Shown piece by piece: positions 27,766 to 38,074 of a DNA stretch of 64,000 bases. The DNA lies in the NCBI GenBank assembly GCA_017546145.1, contig JAFYXN010000013.1:5213-69212 (forward strand). Direction: 5' to 3'. The number at the start of each line of letters is the position of its first letter. Position 1 is the first letter of the stretch. The notes beneath the pieces were generated by a model that saw nothing but the letters and a program-made list of their open reading frames with translations, made no database searches and had not been told where the DNA came from. The stretch comes from Clostridia bacterium (GTDB lineage Bacteria; Bacillota; Clostridia; Monoglobales; Monoglobaceae). The position numbers and the translations under genes are program-made.

Positions 27766-30700
27766 CAATTGTTGAAATGCAGATTGTGTTTTCTTCAAGT
27801 ACATCGACCAAAACCGAAACAGTGTCCAGTGCGGTAAAGAGGTTTACGTTGTTTTCTGTCGCAAGGATTCTGATTTCCTGACCGTCATGGGTCGAATTTG
27901 TGCTGATGTCACTTGTGTTGATAAGGTATGCAATATGTCCCTGACGGATTGCTTCGGGAATTTCCTCGCTGCCTTCGCTTATCTTGCCAAGAGCGTGTGT
28001 GCGGATGCCGTTCTTTTTGAGGAAATCTGCTGTACCCTTTGTTGCCTGAATGTTAAAGCCAAGGTTGTAGAAACGGCGGATAAGTGAAAGTGCTTCTTCT
28101 TTGTCCTTGTCAGCAATTGTAGCAAGCACAGTACCATAGTTCTGAAGATGCATTCCTGATGCCTGAAGTGCTTTGTAAAGGGCACGGTTAAGCTTGTCAT
28201 CATAACCGATAGCCTCACCGGTTGACTTCATTTCGGGCGAGAGATATGCGTCAAGTCCGCGAAGCTTATTGAACGAGAACACCGGAACCTTTACATACCA
28301 ACGGTCTTTTTCTGCAGGATAGGTCTTTTTGATGCCCTGAGATTTGAGGGATTTGCCCATAATTACGTTGGTTGCAATATCAGCTAAACTGTAGCCGGTT
28401 GCCTTTGAAAGGAATGGTACAGTTCTTGAAGAACGCGGGTTTACTTCGATAATAAACACGTTATCGTCTTTATCAACAATAAACTGAATGTTGTAAAGAC
28501 CAATTATGCCAATGCCCAATCCAAGCTGTTTTGCGTATTTAAGAATTGTTTTCTTAACCTTATCTGAAATACTGAATGACGGATATACGCTTATAGAGTC
28601 ACCGCTGTGTACGCCTGTACGTTCTACAAGCTCCATAATACCGGGAACAAACACATCTTTGCCGTCGCAGATGGCATCAATTTCGACTTCCTTGCCGACA
28701 ATGTATTTATCAACCAGAACAGGCTTGTCCTCATCAATTTCAACGGCTGTTTTAAGATAGTGTCTGAGCGCTTCCTCGTTTGCAACAATCTGCATAGCGC
28801 GACCGCCAAGAACAAAGCTTGGACGAACAAGAACCGGATAGCCGATTTCCTGTGCGGCTTTAACGCCGTCTTCTATTTTTGTAACAGCCTTGCCCTTTGG
28901 TTGAGGAATATTAAGCTTTTTAAGTATCTTTTCAAAAGCATCACGGTTTTCTGCACGGTCTATTGCTTCACAATCTGTACCAATAATTTTAACACCACGG
29001 TCTGTAAGTGGCTGCGCAAGGTTGATTGCTGTCTGACCGCCAAGTGATGCGATGGTTCCTTCGGGATTTTCAAAGAGGATAATATTCATTGTATCCTCGG
29101 TTGTAAGAGGCTCAAAGTAAAGCTTGTCCGCTGTTGTATAGTCGGTTGAAACGGTTTCAGGGTTGTTGTTTATAATAATTGCCTCGTAACCGGAATTTTT
29201 AATTGTTGTAACAGCGTGAACTGTTGAATAGTCAAATTCAACACCCTGACCGATACGGATTGGACCTGCACCAAGTACAACAACCGATTTCTTGTCGGTT
29301 ATCTTAGAGTCGTTTTCGCCTGTATATGTTGAGTAGAAGTAGGGAATATATGCACCGGTGTGGCAGGTGTCAACCATTTTATAAATGGGCATAATTTTGT
29401 GCTTTCTTCTCATCGCAAACACATCAATTTCAGACTCGTTCCAAAGTTTTGCAATAAATGCATCACTAAAGCCCATAGTCTTTGCGTCTTTAAGAGTTAC
29501 AGCATCGTTTTTATTTGCTTTAATTATTTGCTCAAAATCGGTTATTTTTTTGATAGATTCAAGGAAGTAAGGGGTAATCATTGTGATGTTATGTAGCTCT
29601 TCAACTGACATGCCGCGTCTTAAAAGCTGCGCAACGGCATAGATTGTATCGTCACGGAATTCCTTGATGTATTCAATCATATCCGCATCAGACATGTTTT
29701 CAAATTTTGCCATCCAAAGATGGTTTACACCGATTTCAAGTGAACGTACCGATTTAAGCATACATTCCTCAAGGGTAGAACCGATACCCATAACCTCACC
29801 GGTTGCCTTCATCTGCGTTCCAAGCTTGTTGTTGGCAGACGTAAACTTATCGAAGGGGAATCTTGGGAACTTGGCAACAATATAGTCAAGACGCGGCTCA
29901 AATGCTGCATTGGTGTTTGCAATTTTTATATCTTCAAGAGACATTCCAACTGCAATTTTTGCAGTAACTCTTGCAATCGGGTATCCGCTTGCTTTTGATG
30001 CAAGAGCAGAGGAACGTGAAACTCTGGGGTTAACCTCAATAAGATAGTATTCTGAAGTGGTAGGATTAAGTGCAAACTGAACATTGCAGCCACCCTCAAT
30101 TTTCAGCTCGCGAATAATCTTTATTGCACTGTCGTTGAGCATTTTGAGGTCTTTGTCATTGAGCGTAAGAATAGGCGCAACAACGATGCTGTCGCCTGTA
30201 TGAACACCGACAGGGTCAATGTTTTCCATACCGCAGATTGTGATTGCAGTATCGTTGGAATCACGCATAACCTCAAATTCAATTTCTTTGTAGCCCTTAA
30301 CGCTTTTTTCAATAAGCACTTGTGAAACAGGAGAAAGCTTAAAGGCGTTTGTGCCGATTTCAATAAGCTCTTCTTCGTTGTAAGCAAAACCGCCGCCTGT
30401 GCCGCCCAGAGTGAATGCAGGACGAAGAACAACCGGATAGCCGATTTTTTCAGCTGCAGCTTTTGCTTCTTCAAGTGAATATGTTATTTCGGAAGGAATT
30501 ACAGGTTCGCCGATTGACTGGCACAGCTCTTTGAAAAGCTCACGGTCTTCGGCACGTTCGATGCTTTCGCTCTTTGTTCCAAGAAGCTCGACATTACATT
30601 CTTTAAGTATGCCTTTCTTTTCAAGCTGCATTGCAAGATTAAGTCCTGTCTGACCGCCAATACCCGGCACAATTGCATCGGGTCTTTCGTAGCGGATAAT

Positions 30701-30928
30701 GCGTGCGATATATTCAAGAGTAAGAGGCTCCATGTACACTTTATCTGCAATAGATGTGTCGGTCATAATGGTAGCAGGGTTAGAGTTTGCAAGGACAACC
30801 TCGTAGCCCTCTTCCTTAAGTGCAAGACAAGCCTGCGTTCCTGCGTAGTCAAATTCAGCTGCCTGACCTATAACAATAGGTCCTGAACCAATGATGAGTA
30901 TTTTCTTTAAATCTGTTCTTTTTGCCAT
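27758..30928 (-). CDS. carB: carbamoyl-phosphate synthase large subunit
   Basis: 1056 aa with duplicated ATP-grasp halves (ILIIGSGPIVIGQAAEFDY.. and VVVLGAGPIRIGQGVEFDY..) and an MGS-like C-terminus. Confidence 0.95.
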   Translation of the reverse strand: MAKRTDLKKILIIGSGPIVIGQAAEFDYAGTQACLALKEEGYEVVLANSNPATIMTDTSIADKVYMEPLTLEYIARIIRYERPDAIVPGIGGQTGLNLAMQLEKKGILKECNVELLGTKSESIERAEDRELFKELCQSIGEPVIPSEITYSLEEAKAAAEKIGYPVVLRPAFTLGGTGGGFAYNEEELIEIGTNAFKLSPVSQVLIEKSVKGYKEIEFEVMRDSNDTAITICGMENIDPVGVHTGDSIVVAPILTLNDKDLKMLNDSAIKIIRELKIEGGCNVQFALNPTTSEYYLIEVNPRVSRSSALASKASGYPIARVTAKIAVGMSLEDIKIANTNAAFEPRLDYIVAKFPRFPFDKFTSANNKLGTQMKATGEVMGIGSTLEECMLKSVRSLEIGVNHLWMAKFENMSDADMIEYIKEFRDDTIYAVAQLLRRGMSVEELHNITMITPYFLESIKKITDFEQIIKANKNDAVTLKDAKTMGFSDAFIAKLWNESEIDVFAMRRKHKIMPIYKMVDTCHTGAYIPYFYSTYTGENDSKITDKKSVVVLGAGPIRIGQGVEFDYSTVHAVTTIKNSGYEAIIINNNPETVSTDYTTADKLYFEPLTTEDTMNIILFENPEGTIASLGGQTAINLAQPLTDRGVKIIGTDCEAIDRAENRDAFEKILKKLNIPQPKGKAVTKIEDGVKAAQEIGYPVLVRPSFVLGGRAMQIVANEEALRHYLKTAVEIDEDKPVLVDKYIVGKEVEIDAICDGKDVFVPGIMELVERTGVHSGDSISVYPSFSISDKVKKTILKYAKQLGLGIGIIGLYNIQFIVDKDDNVFIIEVNPRSSRTVPFLSKATGYSLADIATNVIMGKSLKSQGIKKTYPAEKDRWYVKVPVFSFNKLRGLDAYLSPEMKSTGEAIGYDDKLNRALYKALQASGMHLQNYGTVLATIADKDKEEALSLIRRFYNLGFNIQATKGTADFLKKNGIRTHALGKISEGSEEIPEAIRQGHIAYLINTSDISTNSTHDGQEIRILATENNVNLFTALDTVSVLVDVLEENTICISTIDA

Positions 30929-30946
30929 TTTCTTTTCCTCCCTGAA

Positions 30947-32209
30947 TTATTTCTGTTCCTGCCATACAATATTACCGTCACGTATGGTCATCAAACATTT
31001 TCCGAAAACCTCATAGCCTGCAAAGGGTGTGCTGCGCCCTTTGGAGAGAAAGTCGTCGGGGTTTATCTTATATTGTGTGTTCAGGTCAAAAACCGTAAGA
31101 CTTGCTTTGCAGCCTTCTTTAATTTCTGCCCCTATATTAAATCTCTTGCGCGGATTATCACACAAAAGAGCAATAAGCTTTTCAAGACTGATAATATTTG
31201 TTTTTACCAGATACGTATAAAGAATAGGAAATGCGGTTTCAATGCCTACAACTCCCATAAGACTGTCTTTAAGACCCCTGCCTTTTTCTTCGGCTGAATG
31301 CGGAGCATGGTCGGTTGCAATCATATCAATAGTACCATCGCATATACCCTCAATAAGTGCAAGTCTGTCGTCCTCACTGCGAAGAGGAGGATTCATTTTA
31401 AACCGTCCGTCTTCTTGCAAATCCTTGTCGGAAAGTACAAGGTAGTGCGGGGCGGTCTCGCATGTTACATCAAGACCTTCAGCCTTTGCCTGCCGTATAA
31501 GCTCAACGCTTTCTTTGGTTGAAATATGACATACATGGTACGCACATCCAATCTCTCTGACAAGCTCCAGGTCGCGCTTGATTGGTCCCCACTCGCTTTC
31601 AGAACAAATGCCCTTGTGGCAGTGTGCCTTTGCGTATTCTCCATCGTGAATATACCCACCTTTAAGCAGTGAATTATCCTCGCAGTGTGCTGAAATAATT
31701 TTCCCCAAACGTTTTGCCTCAATCATTGCGTTTTTCATCATTTCAGTATTTTGAACGCCGCGCCCGTCATCTGAAAAACCGGCTACATCAGCCGAAATAC
31801 CAGCCATATCCGAAAGCTCTTCACCAAGGCTTGCATTGGTTATTGCGCCAAAAGGATAAACGTCAATAACTGCTGAATTTTTGATTGAGTCAAGCTGAAT
31901 TTGAAGATTTTCTTTGCGATCGGGGGCAGGTATCAGGTTTGGCATGGAGCAAACTGTGGTATATCCGCCTCGCGCGCATGCTTTTGTGCCGCTTTCGATT
32001 GTTTCCTTATACAAAAAACCCGGCTCTCTCAGATGAACATGAACATCTGTAAAACCGGGAAAAATAAATCTATTGTTAAAAGGAATAACTGTAAAATCAG
32101 AAAAAAGAGGGGAGTATTCAAGAAACACTTTGCCGTCAGTAATGAAAATATCTCTTTTTTCAAACTTGCCGTTTGTATAAACCTGTGCATCTTTTAAAAT
32201 ACAATTCAT
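30947..32209 (-). CDS. pyrC: dihydroorotase
   Basis: FTDVHVHLREPG, SAHCED and ATDHAPH. The ATG at 32209 lies 7 nt after AAAGGA; the track start at 32326 runs into the promoter region. Confidence 0.9.
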   Translation of the reverse strand: MNCILKDAQVYTNGKFEKRDIFITDGKVFLEYSPLFSDFTVIPFNNRFIFPGFTDVHVHLREPGFLYKETIESGTKACARGGYTTVCSMPNLIPAPDRKENLQIQLDSIKNSAVIDVYPFGAITNASLGEELSDMAGISADVAGFSDDGRGVQNTEMMKNAMIEAKRLGKIISAHCEDNSLLKGGYIHDGEYAKAHCHKGICSESEWGPIKRDLELVREIGCAYHVCHISTKESVELIRQAKAEGLDVTCETAPHYLVLSDKDLQEDGRFKMNPPLRSEDDRLALIEGICDGTIDMIATDHAPHSAEEKGRGLKDSLMGVVGIETAFPILYTYLVKTNIISLEKLIALLCDNPRKRFNIGAEIKEGCKASLTVFDLNTQYKINPDDFLSKGRSTPFAGYEVFGKCLMTIRDGNIVWQEQK

Positions 32210-32237
32210 GGTAAATTCCTTTCTGACATTTTCATAT

Positions 32238-32266
32238 ATTTTACCACAAACCATGTTTTGTGTCAA
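32238..32266 (-). promoter_or_regulatory. sigma-A promoter of the pyr operon
   Basis: On the minus strand: TTGACA, 17-nt spacer, TAAAAT. This leaves a leader of only about 20 nt. Confidence 0.65.
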
Positions 32267-32307
32267 CCGTAAAATAAAAGTTTTTACATAAAAATTATTT
32301 GATTTAT

Positions 32308-32336
32308 TTGACAATAAATACTGCAAATGATATAAT
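32308..32336 (+). promoter_or_regulatory. consensus sigma-A promoter of the SGNH hydrolase gene
   Basis: TTGACA, 17-nt spacer, TATAAT. Confidence 0.7.
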
Positions 32337-32376
32337 AATTTTTACTAAAAATGTATTTGATAAAGGTGGGCTTAGA

Positions 32377-33366
32377 GTGTTTGAAAATAAAAAAGAAATT
32401 AATATTGTATTTTTGGGTGGTTCAATTACCCAAGGAGCAGGCTCAAGCGATAAAAGTAAGTGCTTTGCCAACATGACAGGTGAATGGTTTAAAGAAAAAT
32501 ATGGAGCAGATAGGGTTAACTACTATAATAAAGGCGTTGGCGGAACACCGTCTTTTTACGGCTTACTCAGGCTTCAGCGTGATGTGATTGCATATAATCC
32601 CGATATGGTGTTTGTTGAATTTGCGGTAAACGATACAGGCAGTGATTCAAGAGTATATCTTGAATCCATTGTAAGAATGCTGGGGAATATTCCAAGCAAT
32701 CCATATATCGTCTTTTTATATACAACCAATAAAGATTACACAACACCTACCCAAAACTTTGAACAGGTGGCAAATTACTATGGCATACCGCAAATAAGCC
32801 TAAAAGATGCGCTTAAACGGGAACTAAACGGTGAAGACGCGTTTGAGGCAGGTTATCTTGCGGATTCTGTTCACCCAAGCGACAAGGGGTATGAGGTTTA
32901 CTACAACGAAATGATAAGACTTCTTGAAAAAGAGGAATATTATAAAAAGCCAATAAAAAAAGAAAAAACACTTGTCGAAGGATGCTTTGCAGCAGATACG
33001 CGTTTTATTTCTTCAACCGAAGTTTTACATACAGATGGCTGGAAGGTAACAACCATAGGCGAGCGTAAGAGCCTTTTGGCAGAAAAAGAAAACGAAAGTA
33101 TTGAATTTGAGTTTGATGGTAATATCCTTGGTTTTGAACACGGCTTACATCAGGACAGCGGGGTATATAATGTTTATGTTGATGATAAACTCATAGGTAC
33201 AGGAAGCCCGTATTACAGCAACAACGAATCCAATCAGCTTGTTTTTGGATTTGTAACAACAGACCTTGATGACGGACATCACAAGGTAAAGGTTGAAACA
33301 GCAAAAGGCGAGCATGGCGGAACAAGGATATTGTTGTATAATATTATTATAGGAAACAAAAATTAA
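32377..33366 (+). CDS. SGNH/GDSL hydrolase with a C-terminal beta-sandwich-like domain
   Basis: Block I is IVFLGGSITQG, with a later DSVHPS (block V). The GTG at 32377 lies 7 nt after AAAGGTGG. Confidence 0.75.
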   Translation: MFENKKEINIVFLGGSITQGAGSSDKSKCFANMTGEWFKEKYGADRVNYYNKGVGGTPSFYGLLRLQRDVIAYNPDMVFVEFAVNDTGSDSRVYLESIVRMLGNIPSNPYIVFLYTTNKDYTTPTQNFEQVANYYGIPQISLKDALKRELNGEDAFEAGYLADSVHPSDKGYEVYYNEMIRLLEKEEYYKKPIKKEKTLVEGCFAADTRFISSTEVLHTDGWKVTTIGERKSLLAEKENESIEFEFDGNILGFEHGLHQDSGVYNVYVDDKLIGTGSPYYSNNESNQLVFGFVTTDLDDGHHKVKVETAKGEHGGTRILLYNIIIGNKN

Positions 33367-33553
33367 TTTAAAATATACTGTCAGGGTAAAAACCCAATGA
33401 TACAAAACTGCACTTTATTTACAGGTATTATTAATCTTAACTAAAATATATAAAATTTGAAGAAAGTTTTTGCAAGAAAAATAATATAATTTTACGATTA
33501 ATAGAAGAAAATATAAATGATAAAATTACCATATATATTGGAGGTGACGGACG

Positions 33554-34411
33554 GTGAAAAGAAAGTTGTCAATAATTGTTCCTTTGCTGTGTTTATTTAT
33601 GGTTATAACCCCCTTGTATGTGTCTGCAAATATCAGGTATCATTGGGAGCAGGAGTACATTGATGAAGGGTATTCGCAGGAGGATATGTATTATCTTGCA
33701 GGTATAGTTACATATTCGAAAAATAACAGAGGTGAAAAGTATATAATTCCTGATTTTTATATGCATAATAAAGGTGATTGGGATCAAGTTTTGGAAGATA
33801 AGGAAGACCTTGGTACATGGAAAGATGTAGCTTGGTATTATTTTGTTGATTATAAAAAGCTTGAAAATTTTGTAACTGCAAGAAAGGTTATGGACGGGCT
33901 GATAACATGGAAAGAGGTTGAGGCTCAAAGAAAAGCGGAAGAAGCTGAAAAAAATAAATGGAAAAAGCGAATATTTCTTTATGTAGGCAGCAATAAGGCT
34001 ATTGTAAACGATACTGAAAAGATTATTGATGAAGAAAATCCAGATACAGTTGTGTTTACTGAAAACGACCGTTCTTATGTGCCGGTTAGATTTTTAAGTG
34101 AAGAATATGGCGGAAATGTCAATTGGAATGAAGAAATGCAGACTGTGAGTATTTCTTTTGAAGACAGAGATATATCCTTAACAGTGGGAAAACCTGAAAT
34201 TATAGTAAATGGTGAGCCTGTAGAAAATGATGTTGCACCGATTCTAAAAAATGATAGAGTTTTTCTTCCGTTACGTGCCTGTGTTAATGCTATTGGCAGA
34301 TACGTAATGTATAACAGCGGACTTATCGTTGTGGATGAAAACCTTGACATGGATTGGGAAATGAGGAACATGGAATTTGTCAAGGGATTCAGTGAAGAAC
34401 GGTTTAAATAA
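33554..34411 (+). CDS. secreted protein with a copper-amine-oxidase N-terminal (stalk) domain
   Basis: The signal peptide ends in LYVSA. The C-terminal half (YVPVRFLSEEYGGNVNWNEEMQTVSI..VFLPLRACVNAIG) is typical of the Cu_amine_oxidN1 fold. The GTG start lies behind GGAGGTG. Confidence 0.7.
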   Translation: MKRKLSIIVPLLCLFMVITPLYVSANIRYHWEQEYIDEGYSQEDMYYLAGIVTYSKNNRGEKYIIPDFYMHNKGDWDQVLEDKEDLGTWKDVAWYYFVDYKKLENFVTARKVMDGLITWKEVEAQRKAEEAEKNKWKKRIFLYVGSNKAIVNDTEKIIDEENPDTVVFTENDRSYVPVRFLSEEYGGNVNWNEEMQTVSISFEDRDISLTVGKPEIIVNGEPVENDVAPILKNDRVFLPLRACVNAIGRYVMYNSGLIVVDENLDMDWEMRNMEFVKGFSEERFK

Positions 34412-34446
34412 ACGTCAAAATATCCAAAAAAATATTGAAAAAGATA

Positions 34447-34475
34447 TTGACAATGCTGAAAAAGAGTGCTATAAT
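34447..34475 (+). promoter_or_regulatory. consensus sigma-A promoter of T-box leader 2
   Basis: TTGACA, 17-nt spacer, TATAAT. Confidence 0.75.
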
Positions 34476-34489
34476 TACTCTGTTATTTT

Positions 34490-34757
34490 TTAAAAGCTAT
34501 GACGAAGAAGGTACGAAGCGTGACGTCTTCACAGAGAGTCGGTGGGTGGTGCAAACCGATAGCGGCAGTTTCAATGTACCCCTCACTTCCGAGCTGAAGG
34601 TCAGAACACCGATATGGCAAGTAGATACCTTCCGTGAATGCTACGTTAAGTGCAAAAGGCTTGTTAGAGCCTGCAGAGCGGCGAATTTTTTCGCAATTTG
34701 AGTGGTACCGCGAGTGTTTTCACCCGTCTCAAAGCTTTTCTTTGAGACGGGTATTTT
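34490..34757 (+). promoter_or_regulatory. T-box riboswitch leader, specifier most likely CUC (Leu)
   Basis: K-turn and basal helix ATGAC-GAAG ... CTTC-CGAGC. AAGGTA forms the S-turn side, AGAGAG lies at 34533-34538, and the distal loop is GGGTGGTGCAA. CTC-A at 34582-34585 sits immediately 5' of the basal helix. The T-box sequence AATTTGAGTGGTACCGCGAG lies at 34695-34714. The terminator CCCGTCTCAAAG/CTTTGAGACGGG plus TATTTT lies at 34723-34757. Confidence 0.85.
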
Positions 34758-34799
34758 ATTATCATAATCCAATTTTTTACATAAAGACGGAGAAATAAA

Positions 34800-35468
34800 A
34801 TGAAATACAATTATAAAAGGATAACATTGCTTTCTGGTCATTACGGAAGCGGTAAGACAAATATTGCTGTAAATATGGCGTTTGACCTGAAAAAAAACTT
34901 TCACAATGTAACCATTGCTGACCTCGATATTGTAAACCCGTATTTTAGAACAAAGGACAGCCAGACCGAGCTTGAGCAGAGCGGAATAAAGCTTATATGC
35001 TCCGAGTATGCAAATTCAAACGTTGATATACCGGCACTTCCTCAGGAAATGTATTCTGTGATTGATGACAAATCCCAAAGAGCGGTTATTGATATAGGCG
35101 GTGATGACCGCGGGGCACTTGCTCTTGGAAGATATTCAAAGGGTATCATTGAAGAAAATGACTATGATATGCTATTTGTGATAAATTGCTATCGTCCATT
35201 GACTTGTGATGTCCAAACTACGCTTGAGGTCATGAGAGAAATCGAAAATGCCGGAAGGATAAAATTTACAGGAATTGTAAACAATTCAAACCTTGGCGAA
35301 GAAACAACAGCGGACGATATATTGGATTCGCTTGATTATGCATCAGATATTTCAAAAGCAACAAGACTTCCCATTGTGGCAACCTGTGTTAAAGAAGAAC
35401 TGTTTGATGTGTTGTCGGAAAGAATTTCAAATCTGTTTGCTTTAAAATTACAAAAAAAGATTATTTAA
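34800..35468 (+). CDS. P-loop NTPase (SIMIBI class, MinD/ParA/GPN-loop-like), function unknown
   Basis: 222 aa. Walker A is GHYGSGKT, followed by IADLDIVNPYF and a later DIGGDDRG. Confidence 0.6.
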   Translation: MKYNYKRITLLSGHYGSGKTNIAVNMAFDLKKNFHNVTIADLDIVNPYFRTKDSQTELEQSGIKLICSEYANSNVDIPALPQEMYSVIDDKSQRAVIDIGGDDRGALALGRYSKGIIEENDYDMLFVINCYRPLTCDVQTTLEVMREIENAGRIKFTGIVNNSNLGEETTADDILDSLDYASDISKATRLPIVATCVKEELFDVLSERISNLFALKLQKKII

Positions 35469-35484
35469 TGAAGGAGAGATAAAT

Positions 35485-35691
35485 ATGGCAAAGCTTACAT
35501 TTAAAACAGATAACTGCAAAGGCTGTGGACTTTGTGTTGACGCGTGCCCCAAGCAGGTTCTGGAACTGGCAAAAGACAAAATAAACAAAAAAGGTCATCA
35601 CCCTGTTGAAACGGTTAATCCCGATGCGTGCATCGGTTGTGCGTTTTGTGCAACAATGTGTCCCGATTGTATTATTACAGTAGAAAGGTAG
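35485..35691 (+). CDS. 2-oxoacid:ferredoxin oxidoreductase delta subunit (2x[4Fe-4S] ferredoxin)
   Basis: 68 aa. CKGCGLCVDACP and CIGCAFCATMCP. Confidence 0.9.
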   Translation: MAKLTFKTDNCKGCGLCVDACPKQVLELAKDKINKKGHHPVETVNPDACIGCAFCATMCPDCIITVER

Positions 35692-35700
35692 GAGAATATT

Positions 35701-36765
35701 ATGTCAGATAAAGTTTTGATGAAAGGCAACGAGGCAATAGCAGAAGCTGCTATTATCGCAGGATGCCGTCATTATTTCGGTTATCCCATTACACCGCAGA
35801 CAGAAATTGCGGCATATATGGCAAAAAGAATGCCCAAAATAGGAGGAACATTCCTTCAGGCTGAAAGTGAAATTGCAGCAATCAATATGGTTTATGGTGT
35901 TGCATCAACTGGTAAGAGAGTTATGACCTCTTCATCAAGCCCCGGTATTTCGCTGAAGGGTGAGGGACTTTCATATCTTGCGGGTGCAGACCTTCCGTCA
36001 CTGGTAATCAATGTTCAGCGTGGCGGCCCCGGTCTTGGCGGTATTCAGCCTTCACAGTCTGACTACTTCCAGGCAACAAAGGGAGCGGCTCATGGTGACT
36101 TCAGAATGATTGTTCTTGCGCCAAGCTCAGTTCAGGAAATGGCAGACATGACAGTTAAGGGTTTTGAACTTGCAGATAAGTACAGAATGACCGCAATGGT
36201 GCTGGCAGACGGTACAATGGGTCAGATGATGGAGCCTGTTTCTCTTGATTATAAGATTGGCGAACCCATCGAAAAGCCATGGGCAACAACAGGTACAAAA
36301 ATGGAAAGACCGCACAATATTGTAAACTCATTGTTCCTTGAACCTGATGAACTGGAAAAATCAAACTTTGCACGTTACGACAGATACAAAACAATTGAAG
36401 AAAACGAGTGCATGTATGAAGAATATATGATGGATGACGCGGAAATCTGCGTTACAGCATTTGGTATTGCGGCACGTGTTTCAAAAAATGCAATTAACGA
36501 AGCAAGAAAGCAGGGAATAAAGGTTGGTTTAATCAGACCAATAACTCTTTGGCCGTTCCCCAAAGCTCCATACATAAAGGCGACAGAAAAAGTAAAAGAA
36601 ATTATTTCTGTTGAACTTTCAATGGGTCAGATGATTGAGGATGTGCGTCTTGCATCAGAGTGCAAGGTTCCTGTTTCGCTCTGCAACCGTGTGGGTGGTA
36701 TGATTCCCTCACCTGAGCAGGTGCTTGATGCGATAAAAAATGCAGCAAAGGGAGGTAACAAATAA
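35701..36765 (+). CDS. 2-oxoacid:ferredoxin oxidoreductase alpha subunit (VorB/PorA-like)
   Basis: 354 aa. [31 protein letters not shown]. Confidence 0.85.
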   Translation: MSDKVLMKGNEAIAEAAIIAGCRHYFGYPITPQTEIAAYMAKRMPKIGGTFLQAESEIAAINMVYGVASTGKRVMTSSSSPGISLKGEGLSYLAGADLPSLVINVQRGGPGLGGIQPSQSDYFQATKGAAHGDFRMIVLAPSSVQEMADMTVKGFELADKYRMTAMVLADGTMGQMMEPVSLDYKIGEPIEKPWATTGTKMERPHNIVNSLFLEPDELEKSNFARYDRYKTIEENECMYEEYMMDDAEICVTAFGIAARVSKNAINEARKQGIKVGLIRPITLWPFPKAPYIKATEKVKEIISVELSMGQMIEDVRLASECKVPVSLCNRVGGMIPSPEQVLDAIKNAAKGGNK

Positions 36766-37520
36766 TGGTAGTTTTTGAAAAACCAAAGGCTCTGGCAGAT
36801 GTCCAGATGCATTACTGCCCCGGCTGTACTCACGGTATTGTTCACCGTCTGGTAGCCGAGGTTATAGACGAACTCGGAATTGAGGGCAAGACAATAGGTG
36901 TTGCACCTGTTGGTTGCTCGGTTATGGCTTATAACTATTTTAATTGTGATATGATTGAAGCCGCACACGGACGTGCTCCGGCTGTTGCAACGGGTGTTAA
37001 GCGTTCAGACCCTGAAAACCACATAGTGTTTACTTATCAGGGTGATGGTGACCTTGCGTCAATTGGTATGGCAGAAACTGTTCACAGTGCGGCAAGAAAC
37101 GAAAATATTACGGTTATTTTTATCAACAATGCGATTTACGGAATGACAGGCGGTCAGATGGCTCCAACATCACTTCCGGGTCAGGTTACACAAACTTCAC
37201 CTTACGGAAGAGATACAGATGCCTGCGGTTTCCCCATAAGAGTTTGCGAAATGCTTTCAACTCTTGATGGTCCCGAATATCTTGAGCGTGTTACCGTAAA
37301 CAATGTTAAAAATGTTAAGAATGCTAAAAAGGCAATCAAAAAAGCGTTCCAGAATCAGATTGACGGCAAGGGCTTCTCACTTGTTGAGGTTGTTTCAAGC
37401 TGTCCTACAAACTGGGGCATGACACCTCAGGATGCACTGAAATGGATTGACGAAAAAATGCTTCCTTATTATCCTCTTGGTGTATATAAGGACCGCAGCG
37501 CAGAAAAGGAGGAAAAGTAA
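36765..37520 (+). CDS. 2-oxoacid:ferredoxin oxidoreductase beta subunit (TPP-binding)
   Basis: 251 aa. [23 protein letters not shown]. The stop and start overlap. Confidence 0.85.
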   Translation: MVVFEKPKALADVQMHYCPGCTHGIVHRLVAEVIDELGIEGKTIGVAPVGCSVMAYNYFNCDMIEAAHGRAPAVATGVKRSDPENHIVFTYQGDGDLASIGMAETVHSAARNENITVIFINNAIYGMTGGQMAPTSLPGQVTQTSPYGRDTDACGFPIRVCEMLSTLDGPEYLERVTVNNVKNVKNAKKAIKKAFQNQIDGKGFSLVEVVSSCPTNWGMTPQDALKWIDEKMLPYYPLGVYKDRSAEKEEK

Positions 37521-38053
37521 TGAGTACATCACAAATGCTTATTGCAGGTTTTGGCGGTCAGGGAATTTTGTTTGCAGGAAAGTTTCTTGCATACAAAGGC
37601 CTTGTTGAAGAAAAAGAAGTAAGCTGGCTTCCTTCTTACGGACCCGAAATGCGTGGCGGAACAGCAAGCTGCAGCGTAATCATAAGTGACGAGCCTGTTG
37701 GCTCGCCTATTGTATCAACTCCCGATGTTTTGGTAGCTATGAACTTACCTTCGCTTGATAAGTACGAGGCTACAGTTGCACCCGGCGGTAAAATTTTTGT
37801 TGATTCAACACTTATTGAGAGAAAAGTTAACCGTACAGATGTTGAGGTGTATTATATTCCTGCAACAAAGCTTGCCTCGGATAATAATATGCCAACACTT
37901 GCAAATATGATTATTGCAGGCAAAATTCTTAGTGTAACAGACGGATTTTCTGAAGATTCTGTCAACGCTGCACTTAAAAAGGTTATCTCTGCAAAACGTG
38001 CAGATATGCTTGAAACAAACCTTAAAGCTATGCAGATTGGTGCAGAAAACTAA
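37520..38053 (+). CDS. 2-oxoacid:ferredoxin oxidoreductase gamma subunit
   Basis: 177 aa. IAGFGGQGILFAGK..GPEMRGG. Confidence 0.85.
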   Translation: MSTSQMLIAGFGGQGILFAGKFLAYKGLVEEKEVSWLPSYGPEMRGGTASCSVIISDEPVGSPIVSTPDVLVAMNLPSLDKYEATVAPGGKIFVDSTLIERKVNRTDVEVYYIPATKLASDNNMPTLANMIIAGKILSVTDGFSEDSVNAALKKVISAKRADMLETNLKAMQIGAEN

Positions 38054-38074
38054 GTTTTAAAGGAGAACATAAAA

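Noticed and set aside
32210-32237. Looked for a PyrR-binding attenuator or other leader upstream of the pyr operon and of the nucleobase permease (8345-8412)
   Set aside because: The pyr leader is about 20 nt. The permease leader has one small hairpin (CGCAG-N6-CTGCG), but no ARUCCAGAGAGGYU-like loop and no terminator.
32210-32326. N-terminal extensions offered by the ORF track for pyrC. The same issue applies to pyrK 27766-27804, galM 16251-16286, the NusG-II protein 55516-55677, fic 18419-18460 and the SLH protein 18997-19014.
   Set aside because: The extensions overlap upstream genes or promoters and lack RBSs. Internal starts with good Shine-Dalgarno spacing give N-termini that match the family norm.
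34435-34701. 88-aa plus-strand ORF from the track
   Set aside because: It starts upstream of the predicted -35 box and runs through the Stem I, II and III sequences of T-box leader 2. It is a by-product of the leader, not a gene.
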